Assembly (NCBI GenBank): GCA_015680685.1
Contig: MNCI01001321.1
Location: 160,062-224,061 of the forward strand
Source of the DNA: Gnetum montanum
Lineage: Eukaryota > Plantae > Gnetophyta
Reading direction: 5' to 3'
Length of the DNA: 64,000 nucleotides
Under the pieces are notes generated by a model. It did not search any database. It was not told the origin of the DNA and saw only the letters and a list, made by a program, of their open reading frames with translations. Below, piece by piece: positions 1 to 12,500 of the stretch (the first letter of the stretch is position 1; each line of letters begins with the position of its first letter). A program made the position numbers and the translations under genes.

Positions 1-214
1 TAAAAGAACTGAGGGCCCCATATGATTAGCATAGGTGGCCATCTCCCCCATGACTGAGTTGTAATGGAGAGATCCAAAATAATGAGTATCTATTTGAATT
101 TCGTAAAAGTGCCCAACTTCTCCTAACTGATGATCTTAGATTGAGGGATGGAAGTTGGCAATGCTCATATTCCAATGTGTCTATGCCTTCATTGTTGGCA
201 TGGGTTTCCTTAGT

Positions 215-790
215 TTATTCCATGCATTTTTGTCTGCTCCTTGTAGTAGATGTCAACCACGGGGTGTCTTCTACTAGTTGTGTGGTTGCTACATATAGGC
301 ATCTTTGTTTCAATGTTTCTTGGGCACACCTATTACATGGAGGCATTTCCTCCATGTCATCACCCGATGAATCACTGTATGTGATGCATAGAACTTTCCT
401 CTTCTCAATCTTTCCACAAATGTTTATCTTATAAATTTCCAAGGAAAGATCATGCATCCTAAGGCATGCATCTACTGTACTAAGCCATGCCCTTCCCATT
501 ATAATTGGGAAGTCCCCTTTGTTGTTGTTCACTTCAATCACTAGAAAATCAACTGGGCAATACCAACCACACACAGTGGTAATGATGTCCTCCACCAATT
601 CCAAGGGAATGGTGATAGACTAGTCTGCTAGCTCTAGTTGAATGTTGCTTTTCTTAAGTTTGGGTAGGTTCTAGGCATGATACATCTCTCGTGAAATTAA
701 GTTGACTCCAAAACCTGAGTCAAGAAGATCCCTATGTGCTTTATTTTCGACAATCTGCAAATAGATTAAGGGACTCCCAGGTTTAGTTAG
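215..790 (-). pseudogene. Gypsy aspartic protease remnant
   Basis: ORF 215-604 'LVEDIITTVCGWYCPVDFLVIEV...FPIIMGRAWLST' is a typical plant gypsy protease C-half. The upstream 'LDSGFGVNLI' motif is broken by stops. Confidence 0.85.
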
Positions 791-1242
791 TTTCCTAGGA
801 AGGTGGCCCACCTTGATCCAGTCAGTTATGATATGCGTTAACATAACTGTATGTGTTACGCTCTGTTGGACTTAAGGGTGCTCCGAAGTGTTAGATGGTG
901 GAGAAGTGTTCATGGCCTCAACCGCTTGTTGTTGCAAGAGTTTATCTAGGCTTTTGGTTCTGAAGTAAGGTCTTCTCTTTTTACAGTTGTCAGAACTAGC
1001 ATCAGGTTAGATATTTATAGCTCTCGCAGCGTGATGTTGCTACGATTGAGGAGGAAGTTCCCCTTGCATTGTTGGAGCAGGAGGTGTTATGGGAACTACT
1101 TGTGGTGGAAGAGGTGCAGATGGATTAGGAGGATGGAATGAGTGTGAGATGTCTCCCAAAGGAGAAGGAGTCCTTTTGAAGTACTCCCGAACTTGGTAGT
1201 GACGGTTGGGGGTTGCGTGACCCATAGAGTCACTTGGAGAAA

Positions 1243-2733
1243 TCAGCTACTACACATNNNNNNNNNNNNNNNNNNNNNNNNNNNNNNNNNNNNNNNNNNN
1301 NNNNNNNNNNNNNNNNNNNNNNNNNNNNNNNNNNNNNNNNNNNNNNNNNNNNNNNNNNNNNNNNNNNNNNNNNNNNNNNNNNNNNNNNNNNNNNNNNNNN
1401 NNNNNNNNNNNNNNNNNNNNNNNNNNNNNNNNNNNNNNNNNNNNNNNNNNNNNNNNNNNNNNNNNNNNNNNNNNNNNNNNNNNNNNNNNNNNNNNNNNNN
1501 NNNNNNNNNNNNNNNNNNNNNNNNNNNNNNNNNNNNNNNNNNNNNNNNNNNNNNNNNNNNNNNNNNNNNNNNNNNNNNNNNNNNNNNNNNNNNNNNNNNN
1601 NNNNNNNNNNNNNNNNNNNNNNNNNNNNNNNNNNNNNNNNNNNNNNNNNNNNNNNNNNNNNNNNNNNNNNNNNNNNNNNNNNCAATTGGTGACTCATCCT
1701 CTTCATCATAAAATTTCACTCCCTTCTTTCGAAGGGAGGGATCACAGTTATACTCTTCCATACTTTCCCTTTTGCGTAGCTCACCTTCTTCATTTGCTAC
1801 TTTTTCTAACAAGCTACATACTTCATGGGCTCTAAGTTGTGAGAGTCTCACTTGGGCATAAGTCTCGAGGGTTCTTCGAGTTTCATTCCTTAACCCATCC
1901 ACGATGTGGCGAAGTTGATCCCGTTGAGCATACCCATGGCCCAGGCAACGATGTAACAATGTGTAGTAGTGGGCCATGGTAGCATCCAAGGGTTCATGTA
2001 TACCTTGCTTCCAGCCTTGGATCTTCTTATGCAAATTGGATACTCTAGAGTACGTTTGATACTTTTCGTTGAACAATTCTAGCATCGTACTCCACCTCCT
2101 GATGGTTTCCAGTTCTAAGGACGGATACCTGCTCTCTGCTTCTTTAGTGAGTGTCCTTGGGAACAACTTAAGTTTTTGCCACTCATTTTCTATATTCTGC
2201 AAGGCACAGGCATCGTGGAATTCCTGTAAATGATTTTTCGGATCAACATTGTATCCCCCTTCAAACCGTGGGATGTTGTTCATATCTAATCGTTTGATCC
2301 TGCTATCCTTTAAATGCCTTGTGGGAATCCTAACTGCCTCCATAATGTCAAGCATACTTTGGGTTGTGAGTAGGGGTTCTTCATGATCATCTCTTTCATG
2401 ATGCCTGTGATGTCTGCATTATTCCCTACTCTCCCTACGTCCTTGCCCATGTCCTCTTTCTTGACTTTCACGTCAAGGTCTTTTGTCCTTTTTACTTTTA
2501 TCCTCACCTTTATGTTCATGGTGGCTATGCCCAAATGTGGAAGGAGAGGATGAGTGATGTGAAGAAGGGGAAGAAGAAGGGGAACCATCACCATGACTCC
2601 CTCTGTGACCTTCTCCTTGGCTGCTACGGCCCCGTTCGTGGTGATGATCTAAGTGCCCGTCCTTAGCATGAGTGGTTGTTCCCTCTGTGAACAGCTGGTG
2701 TTCATGGGCATCAAAACCAGGGATATGTATCAT
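1243..2733 (-). pseudogene. Retrotransposon gag with His/Ser-rich N-terminal extension
   Basis: 'IPRFEG..DPKNHLQEFHDAC...KLKLFPRTL' is a Retrotrans_gag-type signature. Frameshifted to the His-rich 2473-2733 segment and interrupted by an N gap. Confidence 0.85.
1258..1682. other. assembly gap (N run)
   Basis: Run of N. Confidence 1.
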
Positions 2734-3357
2734 TGATCGTAGGTTCTAATACTCAACCTTCTCATCATTGTTAGGAGGGGGAACATCCTTTGCTAAAGAA
2801 CCCATGATAAAGGGTTCCTCATCTCCTATTTCACTAAGGACATGCGAGGCCTTGCCCTTCGACAATGTATGTTGGCTCTCCTTCCTTCAGTCTCTCATAC
2901 ATTGGGCATCTGTGGGATAATAATCCCTCATGTCAGAATCCTCTGCAACATATTCACCATATAGCTTGGTCATGCCTATCTGTGCCAAGGCACGAAAAAG
3001 CATGTGAGAGATTGATTGATCTGGGGGTAACACAATGTTACCTTGCAAGTCTATCCACCACAGTTGTTCGTCCTAATGGAGAACAAAAGTAAAATTAGGA
3101 ATATACTCATCGGGATGAGTATATGTCATCTTATATTATTTAGGACTTGGCTGATTTTGATTATGTGTTTTATCTTGCCGACTGTCTCGTGTGTGGTCCT
3201 TAGGTGGTGAGTTGCTCTTATGAGAAGAAGGCATTTTGATTGGTGTGCTATTTTCACCATTATATAATTTTTTTTCTTGATTAACCTGAAGGTTCGTTAA
3301 GCCTCACAACGATGTGAGTGATATCCCTTATGTTCTATTTGGTGCACACACACTTAG

Positions 3358-3375
3358 TCCCCAACAATGGTGCCA
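3358..3375 (-). promoter_or_regulatory. primer-binding site (tRNA-Asp type), decayed
   Basis: Minus strand TGGCACCATTGTTGGGGA versus the Athila consensus TGGCGCCGTTGCCGGGGA, directly after the LTR end ...CTCATCA. Confidence 0.8.
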
Positions 3376-3376
3376 A

Positions 3377-4281
3377 TGATGAGTGGCGAGGTACCCCTAC
3401 ACTCAACCATACAAAACGAGCGTAGCACATGCGATCTGGTCAAACTCCACAGACTAAATGCCTAAACACCCCATGGAACACTTGGGGTTAATTTTTCGTT
3501 GTCTTCCCAGAATTACTTAAGTCTGAGGTATATGATTTTTTTTTGGTCTTTTCTAGTTTTATCTCCTATGCTAAAGGGTGAAGGGTTGAGAAACTAACTA
3601 ACTCTAACTAAGGACCTAAGTCTAAATTAACTAGCATCAGCATCCATTCCCACTTACCCTACACATCCTGAACTATGCAACTGTGGCTACCAAACACTAA
3701 TCGTTACTTGGATCACCACATGTAACGCACGTGCTCGAAGTGGTCGTACTAAGACATCTAATTAGCCTAAGCGTGATGAGTAGCCAGTTCCTTGACTAGC
3801 CATACACATCCGTAGATGCTCGTAATCAAGTTGTACTCATCCCGCATTCTAGGAGACAAGGGTGAGAGAATCTAATCACGATGAGTAGTCGATTCCTTGG
3901 TTAGCTCTACACATTCGTCAATGCTCGTAACCAAGTTGTACTCATGCCGCACTAATGCATGTAATAAATAATAGGTAATAAACCTATTCCATGCACTGAA
4001 GGTTTATCCACAAAGCTCATCTTTATTATCGTACACAACTTGTGTTCAGGTACAAGGCTGCTTGAATAAAGATCCGTTCACTTGGGGACTCCTACTGCAG
4101 GCACATGGAAAATATTCTATCTCTGGAGTGATTAAACTGCCAGAGCTTCGCTACTTATTTCCTAAGATGAGAAATGAGGGGACTGTCACCTCTTATTTAT
4201 AGATTTGACAGCAGACTACGATATCGCATACGCGATATCGCATACACGATATCGCGGTGCATGTGATATTGCATCTCATCA
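3377..4281 (-). repeat. 5' LTR of Athila-1 (~905 bp)
   Basis: Perfect 7-bp inverted termini TGATGAG...CTCATCA, a CTATAAATA TATA box near 4195-4203, and a 3' end matching the LTR ends at 21182 and 17412. Confidence 0.85.
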
Positions 4282-4309
4282 GTAGCTAACAACATTTGCG
4301 AGTAAAGTA

Positions 4310-7300
4310 ATGGCACCTAAAGTCGAATGTAAGCACCGAGGGCTCGCTAAAGTGGACAAAGTCAAAGACACTTTGGGGTGCCTGACTAAGGTGCGTGTTG
4401 AGGTGTGGGAGGAGACCCTATCTACTCGGTTGGTTATTTCATTACCTTTTTTCTTTACACTTCTGCAATCGTTATGGTGTAAATCCATGTCTTTTGCCAT
4501 CATTTTGGTCATCGTTTTGTTCGCTACACTGCCGCTGTTGCTGGTTGGCCATACTAGCTGTATGGACGTTATGCTATAGCTACATGTGGTATTTCTTAGG
4601 GCCACCATTGTTGCAATTGCCTTGCCATAGGGGTTTGGGCAAGGCGAGAAAGCTTAGTGCATGACCAGCATAGCGCGTTGCCCTCAGGAGGGTTTCGCCA
4701 TATGTGTGATTTGACAAATAAGACACATGTTTAACATAGTACAACGCGAGTTACTTTGTATAGCCAAATTATGGTTGTAGCACAGCAAATTTTTACTTGT
4801 CTACACTTGGTAATATTTTTTTATTGTGGTATGCCAGTACATCGTAAGGTCTTGTAGGTTTGTCAAATATTGTTACGTTGTTGAAACTGCAATACCACTA
4901 TGTTGTTGAATTTATCAAGCTTGCCATATTGTCATGATTATTGTAGTAATGTGTTGATTACCTCATTTTGTTGCACATCTGCCTAATCTTGTTCATTTGC
5001 TTCAGCACGTATCATCTAATCGTTGTTGCATTGTGTAAGGTTTGATGGCCATACTACGCTGTGAGGCTTGCTTTGTTGTTGTTTGTTTGTATTTTTTTTA
5101 TTTTATTTTTTATGATTGCAAAATCCTGCTACGCTATATGCAATGGAAATTCCATGCTATGCTACATGTAAACTTCGCTTGTATATAGTGCTAACATTTC
5201 GTTCTTCGTTAATGCAAGGTTATGTTGAAACCCATTTTGATTGTCCTGAAAATTGTAGGAGTCTTGTGCTACCTAAGTGAACCGATGGCCAATGTTCCTC
5301 CTCCACATGCACGTGTGGAGAGATAGGCAGTCTGGTTCCAGGAGGGCACACAGGACTTCCTACAGTTCCTCCTCCAGCATTTTAGTATGATCATTTGGTC
5401 ACACTTATCAATGGAGACAATAGTCATAATTATAGAAACCCTGTTTCCCGAGGCAAACTGGGGTATTCTGAAATTTTTGATTGTTGGGTCAATAGGGGGA
5501 AAATAGGTAGAAGGTTCCAACTATCATTTCAGAAGCTTGAGATGCTTAAGTTGGATCTGGGAAATGCCTAAGTATAAGTGCTACCAATTATACAACACAT
5601 TGTTTGTTGCTCGTCACATGGGCACCTACTTCCAGAACCCACCTAGAACCGTTTACTATGTCGGCGGGTGAGTTCTACGAACGTATTTTGTTGTGTAATC
5701 CATGATATGCTAGACATAGGTATTAATAGTGTATATGTGAATTCTTTGTGTTACCAGGTTTTTTATTTATAGGAGTGGTCTCCACGGTGATAAAGATTCC
5801 TTGGCATTGGCACAGAGGGCCCTATGGGAGTTTTCCTCCATTAGAAATGTGCACGCCAACATGATAGGCCAATTTGGGGGTGATTTCAGAACCTATCCAA
5901 CCCGGTATTCCCAATTTTATGGAAAGTGTAAAGAAGCCGATTGGTTGGATAGGGAATGGGCATCCCTCAGGCCGCTCACTATCAAAGACGTGTTGGTAGA
6001 TCTCCTACCATTTCCCATGCTGTTTAAACCTAGTATGCTAAAGTGTGAATCTACTGTTACATGTTTGAGTGATGTTTACCTTTTTCTAACCCTATTTTTT
6101 TTTGTTTTTGCTAATCGTTTTAGCAATGAAGAAATCCTAGGAGGTGACTATGATTACCTCCAAGTACAACAAGACCAACCTCTTTCTTAAGTACGGGGAG
6201 GTGGAGGAGACCCAGTGTTGGCTCTGCAATGGGACCCCAACCACACTGGTCCATAACCTTCAAGAGGCTGGGCTTATGAACCTATTTTTGGCTATTAACC
6301 TGAGTGTCCCACTTGTTGAGATGCTTTCCCTAGTCGACTCCTTCTTCGAAAAGGCAGACTACTTCCGCACACGTGTTCATGGTGTGCACATGGTATTTGA
6401 TGTCAACGATCAATTGTTTGTGGATTGTTTGCGGATATTTTCAACATCCCCTCTAATGGTCTCCCCATGGGAGAAAAATCCAAGAAAGATGCACATAATC
6501 AAGAGGACATCGAGGAGTGGCTAGGGGCTGCAAAGGACCAAAAGGGGATTTATATTGAGAAAGTTAGGCTATGGGTGGCCAAAATAGTTTATCCTATCTT
6601 CCATGCCCATGCCTTTCCCAAGCTACTGTCCCAAGGAAAAATCATTGGGATTGAGTAGGCTTGGATAATGAGGGATGTCATGGAAGAAGGGACCTATTAC
6701 AATTGGGCTAAGCACCTTTGCAAAGGCATGCAGCATGAAATGGTCAAGCTTTGCTAGAATCTTGAATCCCATTTCACTGTGCACCATGCCTTTTTCATAA
6801 CCTGCCTATGGATTTTTGTGGAATTCTTGGTAGTCTACAAGAATGAGGTCTGGGTACTATAAGATCATATCCAGATTTCCAAACTATGGATCTGCCAAGT
6901 TTTCTATACCACCCAATCTCAAGATCCCCTAGAAGCTATTGGTGAGTCATTTTTAATGATGACTATGGATCGGATCGCACGTAACTTTTGGGGCAAGGAT
7001 AGCATGGAAGAGGCACCCCCCATTACTACTAGCAGTATGACAAGGGGGGAATGCCTCATTGTAGAGACAACGACAACCAAGCTACAATGAAAGAGGTCCC
7101 GCCCTATCGACGAGACCCCCCGTACTAATAAAGAGAGGGGGAAGAAGCTACAATTCAAACTTTGTAGAGTGCAGCCTCTGATTGGTAAGTTTTGTTTTTA
7201 CTTTTTTTCTAATGTTTGCTACATTGTGTTACACTAGATAGCGTAGCACAAAGTAGCATCTACTTCAGGTTGGTATAGTTTACTTACTATGACTATGCTT

Positions 7301-9020
7301 TATCAATAGAGGAAGAAAAAGAAGAAGAGGGAGAAGAAGTGGTGGCCTCTATAATAGGGGTGACTAGCAAAAATGAGGAGAACCCAACTATAGAGGAGAG
7401 GGCCCTCGCCAAAGAAGAAGGGGCCCCTGCTACAGAAGAAAGGGCCCTGGCTAGTGAAGAGGTCTTTGCTGATGAAGAGGAGGCCCCTGTCGATGAAGAA
7501 AGGGGCCCAACCAATGATGAAGAGGCTCCTGGAAATCAAGACGAGTCCCTTGTTAACAATCCTTTTGCAAAGAGCAGCTCAATGCCAGAGGGGCACATGA
7601 GCATTGAAGACAGTGATACATTACTGGGTCAGCTAGAAGGAGAAGGGCTCCATTTGGATGCTGGTGAGTTTGACCACATATTTAACAATGTGCCGATGGA
7701 TGACCCCCCCTGGCTATCACCCCTGAGAGTTTATTGGGTAGGAGCTTTACACTATCATTTATACTATTCATCAACCCTATTATGGTTCTCTCTACTTTAA
7801 GTAACATGTTTTACTATGCAGCTGATACCACCGTTGATACCTCTGGCCCATCCTCAATCCGCCTACGACCATGGATCAAAACCCTTGATAAATTTACTTT
7901 CATGGAAGGGGTGGTCAATGATATGATCGACCGTTTGAGGCAGGTCGACCTGGAAGTGGGTAAGCTAAAGTGCAATGCTAGACTCTAAGTTGTTATTGCA
8001 TTCACCATGCCACTATGACTAATGCATTTTTATGTGCAGTTGGTAGCTTCTCGTCTCAAGTGGGACCCTAAGCGAACAATTGAGGTCGATGTCGTGCCTA
8101 CATTTCCACCAGAGGTGACTAAAGTACCCTATCGTGTATACGATGAAGCGATCCAATGTGCACTATACTTGGAACGCTCCTTGTGGGAATGTAGGCACAT
8201 GAATGAAGACCTCTAGAAATGGGTCCAGAGGCTTGAGAAGGAGAAAGCCAACCTGACTGCTAAGGTGGGAGATCTCCATTCCAGGAATGAATTCTTGTTG
8301 GCCTGAGACACCAACGATGGTAGTTGGCACATGGCCTTCATTGAGTATGCGAGGTACTAGATGGCCATGCAACGCAATAATGAGGCCATCCATGAGATAA
8401 TAAAGCAGCACATGCAAATCGACCTGTTATCCCAGAAGAACAAGGACTAGAAAGATTATAGTGCCAAGGTTTACGAGTGGGGGCAGGCACAGAAAAACCA
8501 CAAACATATGTATAAGCTAGAGCGTGCCACCTACCATAACCAATACAGGGATGCCTCAGTCAAGTTACATACTCATGAGGTATTCGTTGATATTATTGGT
8601 GCTTCTAGGGCTTACGACAGGTTCATGCAACAAGTGATAGTGAGTGAATCTCTCGAAAGGGAAGTGACCTTTCCTACAAGTGAGACCACCACTACCGTTG
8701 TTTCTCTGGGACCTCCAAGATGGACATCCATAGAGAAGGAGAAAGTTGCTTTAAGCACTTATCTGGGTGATAATAATTGGTCTGATATGACTAAAGAGGA
8801 TATCTTGCAATGCTTGGCAGCAAGCCTAGATCGAATACCCCCCGAAATAGACATGGGGCCATCTCGAGTTAGTTACCTTTTGGCCTAGCGATAATTTGTT
8901 TTTCTTGAGTCTTTATTATAGCTTTAAATGACTAGTTCATTTTCTTTTATGGTGTAGGATCCAAATGAAAACACAATGCCTAATGAAGCAGGGAACAATG
9001 GAGTGGGCGAAGGGTCATAG
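4310..9020 (+). pseudogene. Element-borne antisense multi-exon gene, copy A: FCP1/NIF HAD-like domain + transposon-protein-like domain + acidic repeats + coiled coil
   Basis: Exons ~4310-4428, 5218-5667, 5758-6032, 6127-7184, 7310-7737, 7822-7959, 8040-8867, 8958-9020. GT-AG introns (two acceptors decayed to CAA) match copy B. Exon 2 reads 'KPILIVLKIVGVL...AVWFQEGTQDFLQFLLQHFSMIIWS...LSWIWE...YNTLFVARH...NPP'. Scattered TAG/TGA stops. Confidence 0.8.
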
Positions 9021-9184
9021 CGTAGCGCCCAAATATTTTATTTGAATTTAAAGAATGTTGCAAACATTGTTAATTTGTGAAATAAAAAGTGAAATACGAA
9101 GAGATTGATTTTTCTTATGTGTTAAGGATTGTATCTATTTTATTCTCTTTTTATTTATGAATTAAATTTGTTAGAAGCATCTCG

Positions 9185-9345
9185 TTTTAGTTTTAGACCA
9201 TTTCTGGCCATAATAGTAGTTTAAGGCCATCTTGAGCCACCGCTAGTTTTAGGCCATTTCAGGCCATCATTAGTTTTAGGCCATTTTGGGTCGTGGCGAT
9301 GATGGTAAACGAGAAATTTTTCCAGTTTTAGGCCTTAGCAGGCCA
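9185..9345. repeat. ~27-30 bp degenerate tandem repeat (TAGTTTTAGGCCATTTC..GGCC)
   Basis: Four to five visible units. A homologous array lies at 51160-51375. Confidence 0.75.
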
Positions 9346-9513
9346 TTATGTGAAGTAAATAATGGATGTGATGTGAATGGTTTAAAGAATGAGTTAGACA
9401 CGTAGCGTAGACGAATGAATGTGAAGCAAACAAGGAATAAATGTATAATGAGGGTTAATTGGGTAAGGAGAAGTGGAGTTGTCATGCTACACAAGTAACA
9501 ATCATCCTCAAAA

Positions 9514-12500
9514 CTACTTTCTAACCCATCGTGGGCTTGGCAAGGTGTAAGGTCGAGAGGCTTTGTTGCAATATTCTTCTATGTTGTTATCTATCACTTG
9601 AAAAGGTAATTTGGCCCATGCAATTTCGTTTTCTAAGCTGACATCTTGGGTCACCTCTTTTGTCAAGCAATTGGCTTTGTTGGAGATAGGTGTTTCATTC
9701 TCATAGGTTATGACCTCTAAACCTTGTTCCATATCGACATTGTTTATAGCCTGGGTTGTCACTTCCTCACCGTGGATTACCACCTCCTTGCCCACATAGG
9801 GTAGGTGGATTTCTTAATGTATGGGTGAAGAGACAACCTTGAGTTAGGCTAACCACGACCTCCCCAAGATTAGGTTAAACCTGGGCATCTCTTCTATCAT
9901 GATAAATGTTACACTTGTGGGGAACTAGTCCCCTACCACAAAATCAATGTGGACAGTGCCTTTCACCACCACATGTGCTCCATTGAATGACTTTAGACAT
10001 GATGTTGTCATGGGTTTGATTTGGTCCACCAAAACCAGTTTGTCCACTATGGAGAACGGGATGACATTTGTAGCAGCCCCGTCATCAACATGTACTCTTC
10101 GGATCTTATGTTGGCCGACTTAAATTGTGATGAATAGGGGTGCTGTCGTCGCCTAACCCTTTTCAACGTCTTCCTTAATGGACTCGTCAAAGAATGTTAA
10201 CAAGGATGGTCATAGTTCTTGGGGTGTAGAAGGAAGCATGACTGAACGGATTGCTTTCTCTTCTTCTGACATGTTTTCATCAACTAGTATGGATGTCAAC
10301 ATGTAAACCAAAGCCTTGTGGTGTGTGGTGGAAGTCATTACCAGGTCGTACAAGCTCAAGGTTTTGTTCTTTTGTTTTAGAGCCTATTTAACCTGAGTAA
10401 GAGCATTTAGGAGGTCTTTCCCACCTTCCTGTTGTTTACTGCCCTTCCCTTCCTCCATTTGTCCTAGAAGACGAATTTCTCAAGGAGGACAAATTTTTGG
10501 TTTGGGGCTAGACCCCTTTGGACAAGGTGGCGATGATCATGTGCACGTAGTGGCATTAACATTTGGTGACGAGGTGGGCATAGATGGAGAGGATGAAGGA
10601 GTCTACTTGGAAGGACGTGGGACGGTACATTCCGTAGTTTTTTCACCTATCAAATGCTCTTCTCGTTTCCTTGAACGAGAAGGGTATGATGTCATCTTAT
10701 GTTGGTTTTGTGGGATGGGGGTAGCTGAGTGTTTTGGCCTCCTAATGATGAATGGTGTTTATGGCATTAGTGCAGGCGGTGGTATAGTTTTGACTATAGA
10801 GGGTGCAGGGGTAGATGTCCAAGGAGGGACCTTAAGGATGAATGGTTGTTGTGGTGTCTTCGTTGCCATTGTTGGTGTCACTATGCTACGTTGAGGTATA
10901 CAAACCACAAACGGAAGTTCTAGATTACCATCCACGCTAATGGTGTTGATAATGTACACTGCATCGTTAGCATTGAGGGGGTCCTTGTAAATGTGCATGG
11001 ATTGATTTTCAGTGTGGACAGGGTTGCTTTCATCCAGCACCAACTTCCCCAGATCAATCATCCATTGAATGTCATCTTTTAGGGCTAGACAGTAATCTGT
11101 GTCATGATCACAAAGTTGGTGGTAGTCACAAAATTTCTTCAGCCTGAAATTATTAGGAACTGGAGGCTTGTTGGGCATAGCCAAGGAGGGGTTCCTAAGA
11201 AGTTCACAATACTACTGATGTCGTTTGGTCACTTCCTTTGACATATGCTTATGTTGAATGTACCCCACCCCTAGTAATTTCTTCAAAAGTTTTGAAGGCT
11301 TGATAGGTAGTGGGGTGTACTTGGAGCGATCTTTATGCTCAACGTTGGGTTTAGGTGGGGTGGGTGCCTCAGGTGCCAACGTGGAGGGTTGGGCAATGTT
11401 GCTTGGGCTAGGTGTAGGGTTAGTTGGCATTGTGGCTGCTTTCTTATTATTGTTGTTGTTGGGATTGGCCTCATTTGCCACAGTGGCCACCATGGCCATT
11501 ACGACCTTTCCCTTCTCTTTGTCCTTTTTAGTATATGCATTTTTGTATGCAACATAGGCCAGGTCCCTACTAGCTTCGACTACATCTTGAATTCTTTTTT
11601 TCTGTGCAAAAGCTTAACTTAGAAAGCATAGGGCTAGGTAATACAGCTTGGATTTGATGAAATCATTCACCACCCCCTTTAAGATGGCCAACAAATGGGC
11701 CTCCGTGATAGGCTCATGGATCTCATTCAAGGTGGTGCTTCACCACTGTATAAACCTTTGCACTGACTCTAGTGGGTCTTGCTTAACTTTCATCAACTGA
11801 TCCAGCATGACTTTGGGCTTCAAGTTATACTTGAAGCAAGTCACAAACTAGGTCAGTAGCTCCTCTAATGTTGAGATGGAGGCGTGCGGGAGTGCGTGGT
11901 ACCAGTCTAAAGCTTTGCCTATTAGAGACATAGCAAAGATGTGAATAATGATGTGCAGCCATTGTTGCAACAACAAAGATTCAGATCTAAATGCGACTAA
12001 ATGTGCATTAGGGTCACCCTCCCCATTGTATTTTGCGAATTGGGGGAGTGGCATCCTAGGGGGTAATGTAAGCATGGGAACAATCGAGCTGATGGGGTCA
12101 TCATGGTAGAAATCCATGACCTGCACCATGTCAAAACCAACGGCCTTGAGGCATTTAACCTCTTTAGTGAGGATTTGGATAAGTTGAAACACTTGATCCA
12201 GACCCAGAGACAATGCAAACGGTTGTGGAGTTGCAAGGGCAACCATCATTTGTGGCATAGTAAGGGTAGTAGCCTAGCTCATAGGGGGTGTCGTCGGGGC
12301 TACCCTTGCGAAAGGTGTTACTTGTGAGGTCCACAACCTAGTGGGTGGTGCTTCTAGAGTGGTGACTACTGGTGGTGCTGTAGGGTTAGTCATTTGCATG
12401 ACCGATGGAATGGGCCACAGTCTCGCACTTGGTTGTGACACCTACGGGACTTGGTATGCTTTGTGGTATGGATAATGTGAGATCTGATGGGGCTGCAAGG

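Larger units (their letters stand above)
1..4281 (-). mobile_element. Athila-like Ty3/Gypsy LTR retrotransposon (Athila-1), 5' half, decayed; continues beyond the left edge
   Basis: LTR, then tRNA-Asp-type PBS, then gag (1243-2355) and aspartic protease (215-790). Collinear with the element at 20312-30400. Confidence 0.9.

Noticed and set aside
1193-1711. Long poly-X ORFs here and at 30013-30611 and 35031-35567
   Set aside because: Artefacts of N gaps.
4310-9020. Antisense gene as an independent host gene with a neighbouring TE
   Set aside because: It occurs twice in the same position and orientation relative to gag-pro and the tandem array, and has decayed like the TE.
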